Below the pieces are notes generated by a model. The model ran no database searches, was not told the origin of the DNA, and saw only the letters and a program-made list of their open reading frames with translations. Shown piece after piece: positions 38,566 through 53,589 of a stretch of DNA of 64,000 bases. Source of the DNA: Eledone cirrhosa. Taxonomy: Eukaryota. The position numbers and the translations under genes were made by a program. The stretch is from the NCBI GenBank assembly GCA_964016885.1, contig OZ024743.1, positions 201,500,001-201,564,000 of the forward strand. Direction: 5' to 3'. How positions within the stretch are numbered: position 1 is the first letter of the stretch; each line of letters starts with the position of its first letter.

Positions 38566-41360
38566 CTTTGAGTCTCAGTCATTGATGTTAGTTAACTGGA
38601 AAGTTTGTTGAAATGAATATCAAGCCACTACCTGCAGCCTCAGATATTCAGGATGTATCGGAGGGTTCTTGCTGTTCCCAGCAAGCATGCCTTTTGAAGT
38701 GTTCCAAAAAGCGGAGTGGTGCCAATTTTCTTTAACCATCCCTGGAAACTTTTTGAGATAGTCCCTAGTGCGCCTATGACAATCGGGACCACTTTGACTT
38801 CATGGCAGTTCCAAATCCTTTTTACCTCCCACTTTAAGTCCTGGTATCGGTTAATTATCTCCCTCTCCTTCTCTTGCACTCTTGTGTCGAATGGGCAGGC
38901 CACATCCACAATCAGGCACAATCTTTTTTCCTTGTCCAAAACCACCAGGTCAGGTCTATTGTGTTCCAGTTTCTTGTCCGTCTGTATCCTAAAATCCCAC
39001 AGCACCTTCATCTGATCGTTTTCTATCACCGACTCTGGCTTATGCTCATACCACTTCTCAGAATGTGGTAAATTGTTTACTTGCATAGGTGCCAGTGGAT
39101 CACACTGCCCATCACATCATGTCTCCAGCCTTTATAGTGGGTCTGGGCTTGGTGTTTACACTCGGATACAATGTGAGCCACAGTCTCCTCTCTCTCTCCA
39201 CATATCCTGCACAGTGGGCTAGCCTCCTCCTTGTAAATATGGTGTTTCAGCTACTTCGTTTTGAGGGCTGCTCTTGCGCAACCATTAGCATTCCTTCTGT
39301 AGTCTTTTTAAGATCTCCTCTTTTCAACCAGTTCCATGTCTGTGGATCTCTGAATTCCGTTTTCTCAAAGAAGGTACTATGAAGGGATTTTTCATGAAGG
39401 TTGCTCTTTCTCCTCGTTGTTATTTCCTCATTGGACATCCCCTGGTCTATTGTCCTCTCCTTCAGTACAATTCTGAGCATTGGCTCCTTACTATTGGTCA
39501 CATATTTGTGTAGGTTGTTTTTCTCTATCTGAACACAATCCTCTATGCTGATAAGGCGTCTTCCACCTTCAGATCTCCTTAAGTAGAGTCTATCGACATC
39601 ACTCCTCTTGTGGAACATGATGTAGATAGTCAATAGCTTCCTAGTCTTCCTATCCATTTCTTTTTGTTCAGCAACATTCCATCTCAGAATTCCCGCACTG
39701 TACCTAATAATAGACACAGCTCGGGAATTTACTGCACTTATGGCATTCCTACTGTTCAGATGTGACTTTGATATGCTCCTTACTCTCCGAATGTATTCAG
39801 ATCTTATCAATTCCTTCATTCTTTTGTTCTTGATGTCATCAGCCAGCAGAATACCCAAATACTTGTATCCTTCTTCAGTATCAATTTCCTTTATCATCTC
39901 ACCTGTTGGTACCTGGATTCCGTTGCTTCTGCTCAATTTACCCCTCTTCATCACAAGGACTCCACACTTACTAATACCAAATTGCATACATATATCATTG
40001 CTGAAAATATGGACAGTGTCAACAAGCACATCCAACTCCTTCTCACTCTTCCCAAAGAGCTTAAGATTGTCCATGAAGAGGAGGTGATTGATGGTAAGCT
40101 CTCCCTTTCCCAACTTGTATCCTGCTCTCACTTTTCGCAGTATAATGGTCAGGGGCATCAGGGCAAGGACAAACACAGAGGGGACACACTATCTCCCTGG
40201 AAGATAGCTCTTTTGATCTTCACGCCTCCCACGGATTCTCCAGCTGATGTTAACTCTGTTTTCCAGGACTTCATACTTTTGCTCAACAACTGTCTGATGT
40301 TATCTGCCACCTTGAAGATCTCCAGGCTTTTGGTGATCCAAGAATGAGGCACCATATCAAATGCCTTTTTGTAGTCTATCCATCCCATGGCAAGACCAGT
40401 GTGTCTCCTCTTGCAATTCCTCATTACCATCTTATCAATAAGTAACTGGTCCTTTGTACCACGGGACTTCTTTCGGCATCCTTTCTGTTCGTCCGGTAAC
40501 AAGTTGTTTGTGTGGAGGTGATGGTAGATTTCCTCAGACACAATGCTTGCCAACAGTTTCCACATTATGGACAGACATGTGATAGGTCTATAGTTGGTAA
40601 CATCATTACCCTTGATTCGGTCTTTCATTACCAGAACTGTGGTACCTTTTGTCAACCACTCTGGTACCTCACCTGGCATCAAGCAGTCATTGAACATGGT
40701 TGTCAGTTTCGGGTGGAGGGATGTTACATTTTTAATCCAATACCCCTGCACACCATCTGGACCTGGTGATTTCCAGTTGGTTAGTTTTTTGGCCTGCCCC
40801 TTGAGAGTTTCAACTGTGATACTCAAATCAGTTTGTTGGTGTGCCTGTTCACTAATCTCCTTTTGTACTGTCTCAATCCACACTGCCTGGTCATTATGTT
40901 TAACATCCTGCTCCCATATTCCTCTCCAGAATGTCTTAGTTTGTTCCGCCTCAGGGATCAAGTCGTTGCCTCTTTCTTTCCCTTCAAGCTGTCCAAACAA
41001 CATCTTCTGGTTGTTGTCAAACATTCGGTTCTGTCTATACTGACTGACTCTGCTCTCGTATCGCCTAATTTTTGCACTCTTTGCTACAATGCGTTGCTTC
41101 AGTTCCTCTATGATAATATTTAGCCTTTTCCTCCTAGTTTTGTACTTTATTTCCAGTCTATTTTTAGTGTCTATGTTTTTTAGTGTCCCATTCAGTAGGG
41201 ACTCAAGCTTACCAATGTCATTTCTCATTTCCCTGATTTGACCATTCAGTTGTTTCTTCCACCAAGGTTCTGATCTTTCTTGTTTGTTGTTTCCTCTTGC
41301 TTTTATGCCAAGTAATTTTCTCACCGCATTTGCTGTTGCTTTGAGGATATTGTTGCACTG
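38566..41360 (-). mobile_element. 5'-truncated R4/Dong-like non-LTR retrotransposon (RT, CCHC knuckle, restriction-like endonuclease), frameshifted
   Basis: KSPGPDG, NYRPITCL, IDYKKAFD, FQGDSVSP, LLFMDN, CRICG..HIVSEC, RHD, RPDLVVLD..IVDVACP. (AAT)n tail, inserted in TAA repeats. Confidence 0.93.
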
Positions 41361-41367
41361 ATTATTA

Positions 41368-41398
<31 letters not shown>

Positions 41399-41435
41399 TA
41401 TTATTATTGTTAGCCCTTGTGGCCAATAAAGAAAC

Positions 41436-41471
<36 letters not shown>

Positions 41472-42202
41472 TATTATTATTATTATTACTATTATTATTA
41501 TTATTATTATTATTTCCCCCACCTACAAGTACCTCACCACCCTAACAAGTATACAGAAATGCTTTTTTTTATAAATTTAATTAAAATCCAGCCTTGTATT
41601 CAAGATATCTCTAATCCTCAAAAAGAACTGAAATGAAAAAAAAAAAAACCCCATAAAAATGGGGGAAAAAAAGAAAAGAAGAGAAGGTAGAGAGAAGGAG
41701 AGAATGTCACGTTGATGAAATAAACATCAACAACATCACTAACAAATATATGTTTGTTTCTTTTGGGTGTTAATGGCTCTGTTTTTCTTCACAGTTAAAT
41801 ACTAATTAAGGTCAAGGTTGAAACAGACTCTAAGCCTCATTTATGTTTCTGCTTCAGTTTCACAGGTTCCACAATTACAATGATGTTTTATATCTAATAT
41901 TTAAGAGAATACAAAACAAAATTAAACAAAAAACAGAAATAAAAAAAATAACAAAATAAGACATTACAAGTGCCAGATACATACACATACATAGTAGCAC
42001 ATGTATATATACATACACACACACAGGCACATATATACATTCATGCTATATTTTATAGAGCTTTTGCTATAGAAATGAAGTTTAAAGTCATGGAAGGATA
42101 AATTAACAAACACACTACAATAACTTTATAAACATTTTACTCTCTTAGGTTTATTCAGTATTTATATTTGTTCATGACAATTCTTGGGATTTAAGTTATA
42201 TA

Positions 42203-42535
42203 TGGAGGCACATGGCTTAGTGGTTAGAGCATTGGCCTTGCAATCGAATGGTTGTGAGTTCAATTCTCAGACTGGGTGAGGTGTTGTTTTCTTGAGCAAG
42301 ACACTTTATTTCACATTGCTCCAGCTTACTCAGCTGCAAAGTGGTTGTGGAGGTGCCACGGCAAAAAAGCACCTAGCCCACACAGTAAAGTGGACGTGTA
42401 GGCGCCATGGAAAAAAAGCACCTAGAACTCACTGTAAATGAGGTTGGTGTTAGGAAGGGCATCCAGCTGTAGAAATCAAGCCAGAATCAGTTGCCGTCCC
42501 ACCCTTGCAAGCAGGGAAAAGCGGACGTAAAATGA
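42203..42535 (+). mobile_element. CORE-type SINE variant
   Basis: Head, core and tail as in the other copies, with an extra internal subrepeat. An opposite-strand tRNA-like head lies at 42545-42614. Confidence 0.88.
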
Positions 42536-43049
42536 AGTGTTTTTGCTGAAGAATCGAACCCACAACATCATGATCGTAAGTCCAACACCCTTACCACTAG
42601 GCCACGTGCCTCCACACACACACACATATATATATATATCATTCATACAATATGGCTGGTTTAACATAAATGGTGCTTGTGTACCATTGCTTCAATTTTC
42701 AAGAATTCAGCTCCACTCACAATCACTGTGCCTGGACCCTGTGAGGACTAACTGACATTCAGAATATATGTTAAACGTCTCTTATAGAAGCACTCAAGAA
42801 CCTTTACATGATGCTTATAAAGAAGCTATACCTCACATGAATAAAGAAAAGAAACTACTATTAAATAATCACATGAATTGTATTTGAAATTCAAGGAGGC
42901 AGAGCCAGCATTGTCAAACACACAATGTCACACTGAATCACTCTATATCACAAGGGTACATGTGTTTGTGGAATGCTCAGTCACTTGTATGTTAATTTCA
43001 GGAACAGGCTACTTTATCAACTAACCATTATTGATAATTGTACTAATCA

Positions 43050-43300
43050 CAGGGGTCAAGGGAAGGTGGGCAGCATAGCTCTTCCTTCCATCCAACAATG
43101 CTGCAATCCAGGACTTGGGTTATTGTGAAGCCTTTATAGGTTCATTCTGTTATGTCAATTGCCCACTGTTTTCTCCTAATGCCCTCCCCTTTTTTTCTTG
43201 AAATGTTTCTTGGAGAATAAATGATCTTGGTTAACCCATCACATCTTGTCATGTGGCCAAACCATCTCATTTTTCTATATTAACAGTGTGTAGCATGTTT
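43050..43300 (-). mobile_element. Old RTE-like LINE 3' fragment
   Basis: The minus strand translates KMRWFGHMTRCDGLTK, typical of an RTE C-terminus. Confidence 0.6.
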
Positions 43301-43371
43301 ACGTAGTTACCGAGTTATATGGGATTTAAAGTTAAACTTCCTTCCATCAGGTATCAGTTCATCTGCCTTAA

Positions 43372-43592
43372 CCCTTTAGCATTTAAACCGGCCATATCTG
43401 GCCAGAATTCTCTCATGTCTTTCTGTTCAAACTGGCCATAACCAGCCACTCATACAGATGTTAAGTTATTGTTCTCAAAATAAATAATATCAAAATCATA
43501 TAGATTCGATATTATGTGAGATAATTATGTAAGATAAAGCCTTAACCACAAAAATATAATAGTATATATAGAGTAATATAATTGCTAAAGGG
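43372..43592. mobile_element. piggyBac-type MITE, second copy
   Basis: TTAA|CCCTTTAGCA...TGCTAAAGGG|TTAA. Confidence 0.88.
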
Positions 43593-43874
43593 TTAACTTG
43601 ACTGTTGGTGTCTGATGGCAGCCACATTGTCAAATAACACCCCTATCAGAAGGTACAAGCATATCTTCTACATACTAGATACAAAATCTTACGATTTTTA
43701 AAAACCAGATTAAGAATAAGAAAAAGTATGTTGTGATGTTCATGACATTACCAATGGGGTATTTTAAGAATAAATAGAAACTGTTATGTGAGCAAAGTTC
43801 CACAAGAACTCTACACTACATTCCTCAATATTTCTTTGTTTCTCCCCTTCTCTCTCTCTCTCTTATATATATAT

Positions 43875-45610
43875 ATCAGAGAGCGAATTGATCTAGATGA
43901 AATGCAGTTCGGGTTTGTGTCAGGAAAAAGTACCACAGACGCTCTTTTCATTGTACGACAACTACAGGAGAAGTACCTAGCTAAAAGTAAACCCCTATAC
44001 TTAGCTTTCGTCGACTTGGAGAAGGCCTTCGACAGAGTCCCCCGTTCCATTATCTGGTGGGCTCTTAGAAAACTAGGTGTTGATGAATGGCTTGTGAGAG
44101 CTATACAAGCCATGTATAAAGAAACAGTTAGCAAGGTTAGAATTAACAACGAATATAGTCAAGAGTTTAGTGTAAAAGTTGGTGTTCATCAGGGCTCTGT
44201 TCTTAGCCCCCTACTATTTATTATTGCCCTCCAGGCTATAACAGTGGAGTTCAAGACCGGCTGCCCATGGGAACTCCTATACGCAGATGATCTAACGCTC
44301 ATAGCTGAATCAATGGCCGAGCTAGAGAAGAAATTCCAAACATGGAAGCACGGCCTAGAATCAAAAGGCCTTAAAATTAACCTAGCTAAGACTAAAGTTC
44401 TAGTTTGTAAGAAAGAAAATAAGGTGGCGGTCCCCTCCGGGAAGTGGCCATGCGCAGAGTGTAGGAAAGGCGTAGGTAGAAATTCCATTTTGTGTCCCAA
44501 ATGCAAAGTTTGGGTGCATAAAAGATGTAGTGGGATCACAGGTAAGCTAACTAAGAACATAGATTTTACATGTGGCCGGTGTTCTGGGGATATAAGTAGC
44601 AGCAAGTGCCCACAAAATACTAGCTCTTTCAACTGCGCAGAGGGTTCTATAGAAATAGTGGACAGCTTCCGTTACCTGGGTGACAAAATCAGCAGTGGGG
44701 GAGGGTGCTCTGAAAGTACAGTAGCTAGAGTCAGAACTGGGTGGAAAAAGTTCAGAGAGCTTATACCACTATTAGCCGCTAAAGGGTTCTCCCTAAAAAT
44801 GAAAGGCAGGCTGTACGATGCCTGCATACGAACAGCAATGTTGCATGGCAGTGAGACCTGAGCATTGTGTGCAGAGGATATACGCAGACTAGAGAGAAAC
44901 GAAGCTTGCATGCTCCGCTGGATGTGTAATAGTAATATACGTGAACGACAAAGCATAAACGAACTAAGGAAAAAATTAGAAATAAGAGTGATCAGATGTT
45001 GTTTACTAGAGAGAAGGCTACGTTGGTATGGTCACGTGATGCGCATGAAGGATGATAGCTGTATAACAAAGTGCAGGGCAATAAAGATAGACGGTAGCCA
45101 CGGAATAGGCAGACCCAGAAAAACCTGGGACGAGCTGATAAACACCGACCTCACACACTTACACCTCACCAAGACAATGTCACTGGACCGAGACCTTTGG
45201 CGGTACTCAGTAATAGAGAAGACCCGCCTTGCCAGTAGGCATTTCTAACAAAATACACCCCGTCCCACCACCACCACCCCCACCCCATCTGCACCGCCCC
45301 GTTCTATGTAAAGTTTTGTTGGTGCCGCGCCATCCAGGCCGAAACAAATGAGATCGTGTAGGTGTCACGACAAAAAAAACACACAGTCCACGCTGTAATG
45401 TGGCCGTGTAGGCAACACGGTAAAAACCTCCCAGACCCACACTGTAAATGTGGTTGGTGTTAGGAAGGGCATCCAACTGTAGAAAACCTGCCAGACAGTC
45501 CTATGCGAGCAAGAAAATCACTCTTGCCTCAAGTGGGACTACCCCCGTCCAAACCCATGCAAGCGTGGAACACGGATGTTAAACGTTGATGATGATGATG
45601 ATGATGATGA
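43875..45610 (+). mobile_element. 5'-truncated RTE-1 LINE
   Basis: RT to C-terminus, with TGG>TGA at 44859-44861 and a short deletion removing the stop codon. 3' UTR and (GAT)n tail present. Confidence 0.95.
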
Positions 45611-45710
45611 TATATATATATATATACACACACAACCCCAAAACACCCACCCATGTGAATGTATGTATGTGTTTATGTATTTGAGTATATACCAGTATAT
45701 ACATATATAC

Positions 45711-45801
<91 letters not shown>

Positions 45802-45804
45802 TAT

Positions 45805-45853
<49 letters not shown>

Positions 45854-46514
45854 CAAAGCGAGAATGATAAAATGTCCTAAATATCCAAGAGCATATAAAT
45901 ACAGTGTCACACACACACACACACACTGATAAACATCCAAACACACTGACACTCTCAGATACACACATACACACACATACTCACACTCATACATACACAC
46001 AAACACACTTGAAACCCATGTCCTCCCTGTAATTATAGTTACATAAAAGAAAATAGTTGTTAATCGTTTCCTGTGTTGATTTATGATGGAGACAAGCATC
46101 TCACATGAAAAATATCTTGTTGTCAGTAAGATGAAGACTTTTCGAAGATTTTTCTTCGAAATTTTTCTTTTTCTTCCTATTCTCCTGACATTTTTTTTAT
46201 TGTCATCTCTAAGCAGTTCTCTGTTCCTTTTATTTTTCCAATTCTTTGTTTGCTTCCTGTTTTTCTTTTCTCTTATATTTTTTCCTTTGCTATTTAACAC
46301 CCACCCACAACTCCAAACTTCCCATAATCCAAGTTCCTCATAAACTTTTAAAAAATACCATCTCAACGATAAATACAAAAAAATGGCATCAATAATGTAG
46401 TATTAAGAAGGGTTTGATTATCGGGTATGCAATGAAAATCTGTGTATATATGTGTGGATCGAATTCTAGTAAATATTTTCTGTTTGTTTATATATATATG
46501 CGTGTATATATATA

Positions 46515-46621
<107 letters not shown>

Positions 46622-46874
46622 TATTATATACATATATATATTATATATATATATATCATTGTTGTTTTTTTTAATCTTTTTATCTTGTTTTTCTTTGGAA
46701 TTTGCTTATCTAAAAATCATGTATATTCTCTCCTATTAAAAAAATAGACTCAGCACCAGTGGGCAGTGGAGATTGCCAGCTTTTATTCCACTGCTCTTCA
46801 TCATATATTCTCAGTATCTATTCATTTACTTAAGAATGATGATGATAACAACAACAGCATCAACAACAAAAACA

Positions 46875-46910
<36 letters not shown>

Positions 46911-47361
46911 AATAGTAGTAGTAGTAGTAGTAATAATAGTAGTAAAAACATTAGAATTTTTTTCTTTTTATTATTTTCCGCCATACCTCATATCAGTGAT
47001 AACAAAATATAACAAAGAAATATATCAGAACTATGTAAATACCAGAATATTGTATGAGTAATATGTTTTTTTTATTTCAAGAAAACCTCTATTATATATA
47101 TATATATATACATATATATTCTTATCGGTTTTATTTCATGTTGAAATTTATTTTATTTATGTCCGTACCATTGTTTCTTTAGAATACCAAATATTCTAGG
47201 GTAATATCATTTACCATTATAAAACATGCCAGACTAACATGGACTAACATCACTGCTAGAAGCATTGTATGATGTGGAACACCAACTAGGTTTCAGTAGA
47301 ACTGGGTTTCAGTTTCTAGCTATAGCAAATGTTTTACATAAATTATATCAGAAATATTCAA

Positions 47362-47560
47362 AGGAGAAGACAGATGGCTGAGTGGTTAGAGAATTGGATT
47401 TGCAATCATGAGGTTGTGAGTTCAATTCCTGGACCAGGCAATGCATTATGTCCTTGAGCAAGACACTTAATTTCATGTTGCTCCTTCTGCCTGAATTTTG
47501 GACTGGTAGATAGCATCAGCAATTGGAAAGACCAATGAAACATTGTTTTCTTGGATGGAT
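47362..47560 (+). mobile_element. CORE-type SINE, second subfamily with a different tail
   Basis: tRNA head, GTCCTTGAGCAAGACACT and GCAATTGGAAAGAC tail. Homolog at 62412-62610. Confidence 0.75.
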
Positions 47561-48473
47561 TGGACGAGCTCTACCCCACTCGTTAAGCAAATGAGGTCTG
47601 GTATATTGTTGCTCGACTGATATATATTCAAACGAAAGGCATTAAATCTTCAGTAAACATAATTCTTATGAAATACACTTTATATCAACTAATTAATTAA
47701 AAAGTTTGAGGTATTTTTTAAAGTTGGTAATTATTTCATTGATAAGACAGTAACTTCACATATAATTCTTATATAAAATAACGTCGGAATATATGAATTT
47801 AACATGGCAATGATGTAGCAGAATATATGTAAAAAAATGGTTTTGTTAATTCAAATGCCTATTAGACAGATTGTAATAAAAATACTCTAGTATTAACATT
47901 TTGGAAATGATACAGGCATTGTGTTATTTTATAATTTTCAAGAATTAATATAGTTTCATGAGATATTATGAGGTATATAAGAACCCTTTAATATGAGTAG
48001 TTTTGAGAATTTTGAATAACAAAAAGCAATAGAAATGGATACATCACAATTATCATTGCTTTATGTCTGCTTTTTTTATGATAGTATGGATTATATGGGG
48101 CATTATGGTCAAAGCCAGATTCTCAGATGGTTCAAAGGACTACATTATATTCATACATTCCATTTTTGGCTGACACTTTGAACTTGACAGAGTGAACTGG
48201 GTGCATTTTAGGACTAGATAGGTTATCATATTTTCAATGATATGGAAGTCTATTTATTGATATATATGTATGTCATCAATAACTACTGATCATTGAGGTA
48301 GTTGTAGAACATGTTTGTCAGCCATAAAGACTGAGCCAACAGCATAACGAGTTTCTCATTGCTACAATACAAATACTGCATTACAACTTTGAATATTTAA
48401 GCACATGATTCATAATGCAGCAAGCCAAAACATTTGAAAAAATATAATATATCTATGTATATATATATATATA

Positions 48474-49062
48474 TCATCATCATCATCATCATCATCAACG
48501 TTTAACGTCCGTGTTCCACGCTTGCATGGGTTTGGACGGGGGTAGTCCCACTTGAGGCAAGAGTGATTGTCTTGCTCGCATAGGACTGTCTGGCGGGTTT
48601 TCTACAGTTGGATGCCCTTCCTAACACCAACCACATTTACAGTGTGGGTCTGGGAGGTTTTTACCGTGTTGCCTACACGGCCACATTACAGGGTGGACTG
48701 TGTGTTTTTTGTCGTGACACCTACACGATCTCATTTGTTTCGGCCTGGATGGTGTGGCACCAACATAACTTTACATAGAATGGGGTGGTGTGGATGGGGT
48801 GGTGGTGGTGGTGGTGGGACGGGGGGGGGGGTATTTTGTTAAGATGCCTACTGGCTGTAGTAGGTTTTACTATGTATTTAGGTAAGGCGGGTCTTCTCTG
48901 TTACTGAGTACCGCCAAAGGTCTCGGTCCAGTGACATTGTCTTGGAGAGGTGTAAGTGTGTGAAGTCGGAGTTTATCAGCTCATCCCAGGTTTTTCTAGG
49001 TCTGCCTATTCCGTGGCTACCGTCTATCTTTATTGCCCTGCACTTTGTTATACAGCTATCGA
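48474..49062 (-). mobile_element. RTE-1 3' fragment
   Basis: DSCITKCRAIKIDG..KTRLT*, 3' UTR and tail. Confidence 0.93.
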
Positions 49063-49077
49063 CTTTATATATATATA

Positions 49078-49293
49078 TATAACGAAGGAAATGTGGTAAG
49101 GAACCAGGTGGACCATAACACACCAAAGTACTCAATACTTAGTGTAGTAAAGTGGGTAATAGGAACGAGTAGGACCCCGACGGCTGAGCTCAAGCCGTTT
49201 TGACGGCTAATTCTGGACTAAAAAAATTTTTTTTTAGTCCAGAATTAGCCGTCGAAACGGCTTGAGCTCAGCCGTCGGGGTCCTACTCGTTCC

Positions 49294-49296
<3 letters not shown>
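49078..49296. mobile_element. Family D element with a near-perfect fold-back (arms about 68 bp, 49159-49296)
   Basis: The arms differ by about one substitution. The right arm has GAAA CGGCT-TGAGCTC-AGCCG TC GGGGTCC. Confidence 0.85.
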
Positions 49297-49320
<24 letters not shown>

Positions 49321-49347
<27 letters not shown>

Positions 49348-49564
49348 GGTTTCTTATATAGGCACAATGCCAGTAATTTGGGGGGAGGGGAAAGTCGATT
49401 AAATCGACCCCAGTGCGTGACTGGTACTTTATTTTATCGACCCCCATAAGGATGAAAGGCAAAGTTAACCTCGGCGGGATTTGAGCTCATATCATAAAGA
49501 GCCGTAACTCTATGCTGCAAAGCATGGCGTCCGATCCTCTACCGATACTGCCAATTCACCGCCC

Positions 49565-49565
<1 letters not shown>
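49321..49565 (-). mobile_element. tRNA-derived SINE with a Deu/Nin-like central domain and (TTA)n tail
   Basis: GGCGGTGAATTGGCAGTATCGG..CAAATCCCGCCGAGG..GCCTTTCATCCTT..GGGGTCGATAAAATAAAGTACCAG. Confidence 0.8.
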
Positions 49566-49597
<32 letters not shown>

Positions 49598-49603
49598 GAA
49601 GAA

Positions 49604-50052
49604 GAAGAAACTGGAACACAATAGACCTGACCTGGTGGTTTTGGACAAAGAAAAAAAGAGCGTGCCTGATTGTGGATGTGGCCTGCCCATTCGACACGAG
49701 AGTGCAAGAGAAGGAGAGGGAGAAATCAATACCAGGACTTAAAGTGGGAGGTAAAAAGGATTTGGAACTGCCATGAAGTCAAAGTGGTCCCGATTGTAAT
49801 AGGCGCACTAGGTACTATCTCAAAATGTGTCCAGGGATGGTTAAAGAAAATTGGCCCCTTCACGCTTTTTTGGAACACTTCAAAAGGCATGCTTGCTGGG
49901 AACAGCAAGAACCCTCCGATACGTCCTGAATATCTGAGGCTGCAGGTAGTGGCTTGATATTCATTTCAACAAACTTTCCAGTTAACTAACATCAATGACT
50001 GAGACTCAAAGAACAATAATAATAATAATAATAATAATAATGATAATAATAA
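49604..50052 (+). mobile_element. R4/Dong-like 3' fragment in TAA repeats
   Basis: KKLEHNRPDLVVLDKEK.. and a 3' UTR matching 38566-38975. Confidence 0.92.
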
Positions 50053-50989
50053 TTATCATCATCATCGTCTAATGCCTATTTTTCACGCTAGCATGGGTTA
50101 TATATATCAGCAGTAAACAAAATAAAAATTTAAGCTGACAGGGCTCCAGTATAGCCTTAATCAACTAGCTGGAACCAGGAGAAGAATAAAAAGAGTTAAA
50201 ATTATGAGTGTATGAGTAATTCAGAGGTCAATTTTCATTATTGTTCATTCTCATAGATACACAATTTAAATTTATCATCAGTACAGATTGCTAATATTGT
50301 TATAAATGACTAGATGTGTATATGCATACACACATACACCCACATATGTGTGTATATATGTGGGTAAGTGCATGTGTGTGTGGGTGTTTGTATGTATGTG
50401 TGTACATATTTTGTTGCTATTTTGTGTTCTTGTTATTCTGTTAACATTTGATGATGAAGGTAGTAACGGTGGTGAGGTGACAGTAATAGTATTGATGATG
50501 ATGGTAAAGAGAAGAGAGTTAAGGGCATAAATATATATGTAATATATATATGTATAAGAGATATTTAACATATTAGTATATTATATATATATATATTATA
50601 TAAAATGATGATGATGATGAGGATGATATATATATATATAATATATATTATATATATATGTATATATATAATATATATAATATATATTATATATATATGT
50701 ATATATATATATATCATCATCATCATTTTATATAATATATATATATATATATTATATATATACAAAGAGAGAGGGAGAAAGAGAAAGATAGATAGCAAGG
50801 GGGAGAGAGGAGGGACAGAGAGGGGGGAAGAGAGAGTGAGGCATTAACATAGCTGCTTGACTTAAGTTATTAGCAATTACAACACATCTGAATATATGTA
50901 TGTCTAAGTTTCATGAAGAGATTAAAGATTTTACTGAGCAGGGAAAAGGAAAATAATTGGTTCCTTGCCTTCAATAAGATGGCTTCATA

Positions 50990-51040
<51 letters not shown>

Positions 51041-51547
51041 CCACACACTTATATATATATATGCATTAAATGAAAGATACATACATGCACATATGTCTAT
51101 ATGTATACATATTAAATAAAATATACATACATATATATATAAATATAAATACATGTAGATTGTTGCATATATATATATATAGTATATATATACGTCTAAC
51201 CCATGCAAGCATGGAAGAACGGACGTAAAACGGTGATGAGGATGATATATATATATATATATATATAGTAGATATAAAATTATGTCTGTGTATGTGTTTG
51301 TATGTGGGTGTCCGTTTCAAACTGAAATGAAAGATAATTGAAAATATGATCTAACTAGGTCCTATAACAATCATTAGGGGGAATAAATGAAGCTACACAT
51401 ACAATATATGTATGTATCTATGTATGTATGTATGTATGTATGTATGTGTATATGTGTGTATGTATGTATCTACACTTTTATGAAAATATGGATATAAATG
51501 TATGTTAAATATTCTTTTAGATAAAATGAGGTAAAAATATATATATT

Positions 51548-51612
<65 letters not shown>

Positions 51613-51715
51613 ATATTCTCAATTATGTAGCTTTACTCATGAATAATTATTTCTTCTTGTTATGTTTTTACACTGAAGTCATGTGTGGATAAATATATAC
51701 TCATCAGTGAATACT

Positions 51716-51796
<81 letters not shown>

Positions 51797-51829
51797 GTAT
51801 ATATATATATACATTCACACATATATATA

Positions 51830-51951
<122 letters not shown>

Positions 51952-53017
51952 TATATATTTATATGTATATATATATATATATATGTATACATATACATAT
52001 GAATATTTTACTGTTCTACAACCAATATTTTCATGCTAGCCTGGCTGAGGATCGTTGTTATTAATTTGGCCATTTGCATATTGTTGCAACATGTGATTTT
52101 ATAGTTGATTGCCCTACTTGTCACTAACGACTGAAGTCTCCATTATCAATTGAACCTGTTAGTCATCAACTTTAGCTGAGACTAAATGTGTCACATGTCA
52201 TTTGCGCTGTCTATCTTCTATCTTCTTCTCTAACGCAAAGCAAAAATATGTTAACTTTTAACATCCTGTAATGGTTTAGCAGAAAATATCTAAAAATATA
52301 TGAACAAAGTTAACTCAAATATCGAGTTTGAAACGTGAGTGTACTAGAATTCGGAGAATAATTGGAAAAACTCAATGCAAGGAAGATGTTAAATCAGTGA
52401 AATGGTGTCAATGACAGCACCGGGTAAAATTGACCTCAAAGGATAGAAATCAGTGACTTGAAGTGTGTTGGCCCTCAGAAGTGATAGGAAGGAATGAGAA
52501 AGGAATAAAATGGACGAGAGGAGATCTTGCGAACATTAAATAAACTCATCAGCCTTTAGACCATCTGTGGTTTCGATGAATTAACTATAAGTATGTTTGT
52601 TAATTCAACTGTTTCAAGTATATTAACTATAAACAGAATTAAAATGAAGTAAAGACTTTAATTTTGAATGTGATACAGTCATAGTAATGTTTTGTACTTT
52701 TCAAGAATTCTTTTTGTGCAGGTATATGACTTAAAGAATTAATGAATTCTTTAGCCATTTTCAAGCAACACACTCATATAATATTTTGTGTGTATGGGTT
52801 TTTATGTGAGTGGATGTGAATGTGTGCGTATGTGTGTATCTGTGCATGTTTGTGTGTGTGTGTGTGTGTGTGTATGTGTGTGTATGTGAGTGTGTATATG
52901 TGAGTGTGTGTATGTGTGTGTGTGGATGAGTATGTGTGTGTATGTGAGTGTGTGTATGTGAGTGTGTATATGTGAGTGTGTGTATGTGTGAGTGTGGATG
53001 TATGTATGTGAGTGCGC

Positions 53018-53140
<123 letters not shown>

Positions 53141-53589
53141 TCCATTTCGAAAGATGCAGATAAAACCCAGCAAGGTTGATATTCTCTTACTCTTCAGCAT
53201 CTCTCTGGGCTGTCAAAGCTTCATTCTGTGACAGGTCTTTGGTTCAGCAACAGCAATGACTCTCTGGTTCATTTTCACAGATATTATTTTCTTATTTTAT
53301 TCCATATTTAGACTATTTGTCATAGTTCTTTATATATGTATGTTACAATAGCATCTTGTGTACATATGTATGTGTGTATGTAGATACCAATAGTATCAGC
53401 TTGAACTAAACAATGAAAGTTTATCAGGCTCCATGCCCATCTTTATCCACTCTCTCTCTAAAAAGTGCAGAAACCCAGACATATGCTGCCACATGGCACC
53501 AGCAGACAGAATAGAGAAAGTGTTACATTTGCCCAGTATATTCGAAAAGGAAATTCTGCTGCTGCATAGCTTAACAAGGAGAAAGAACA

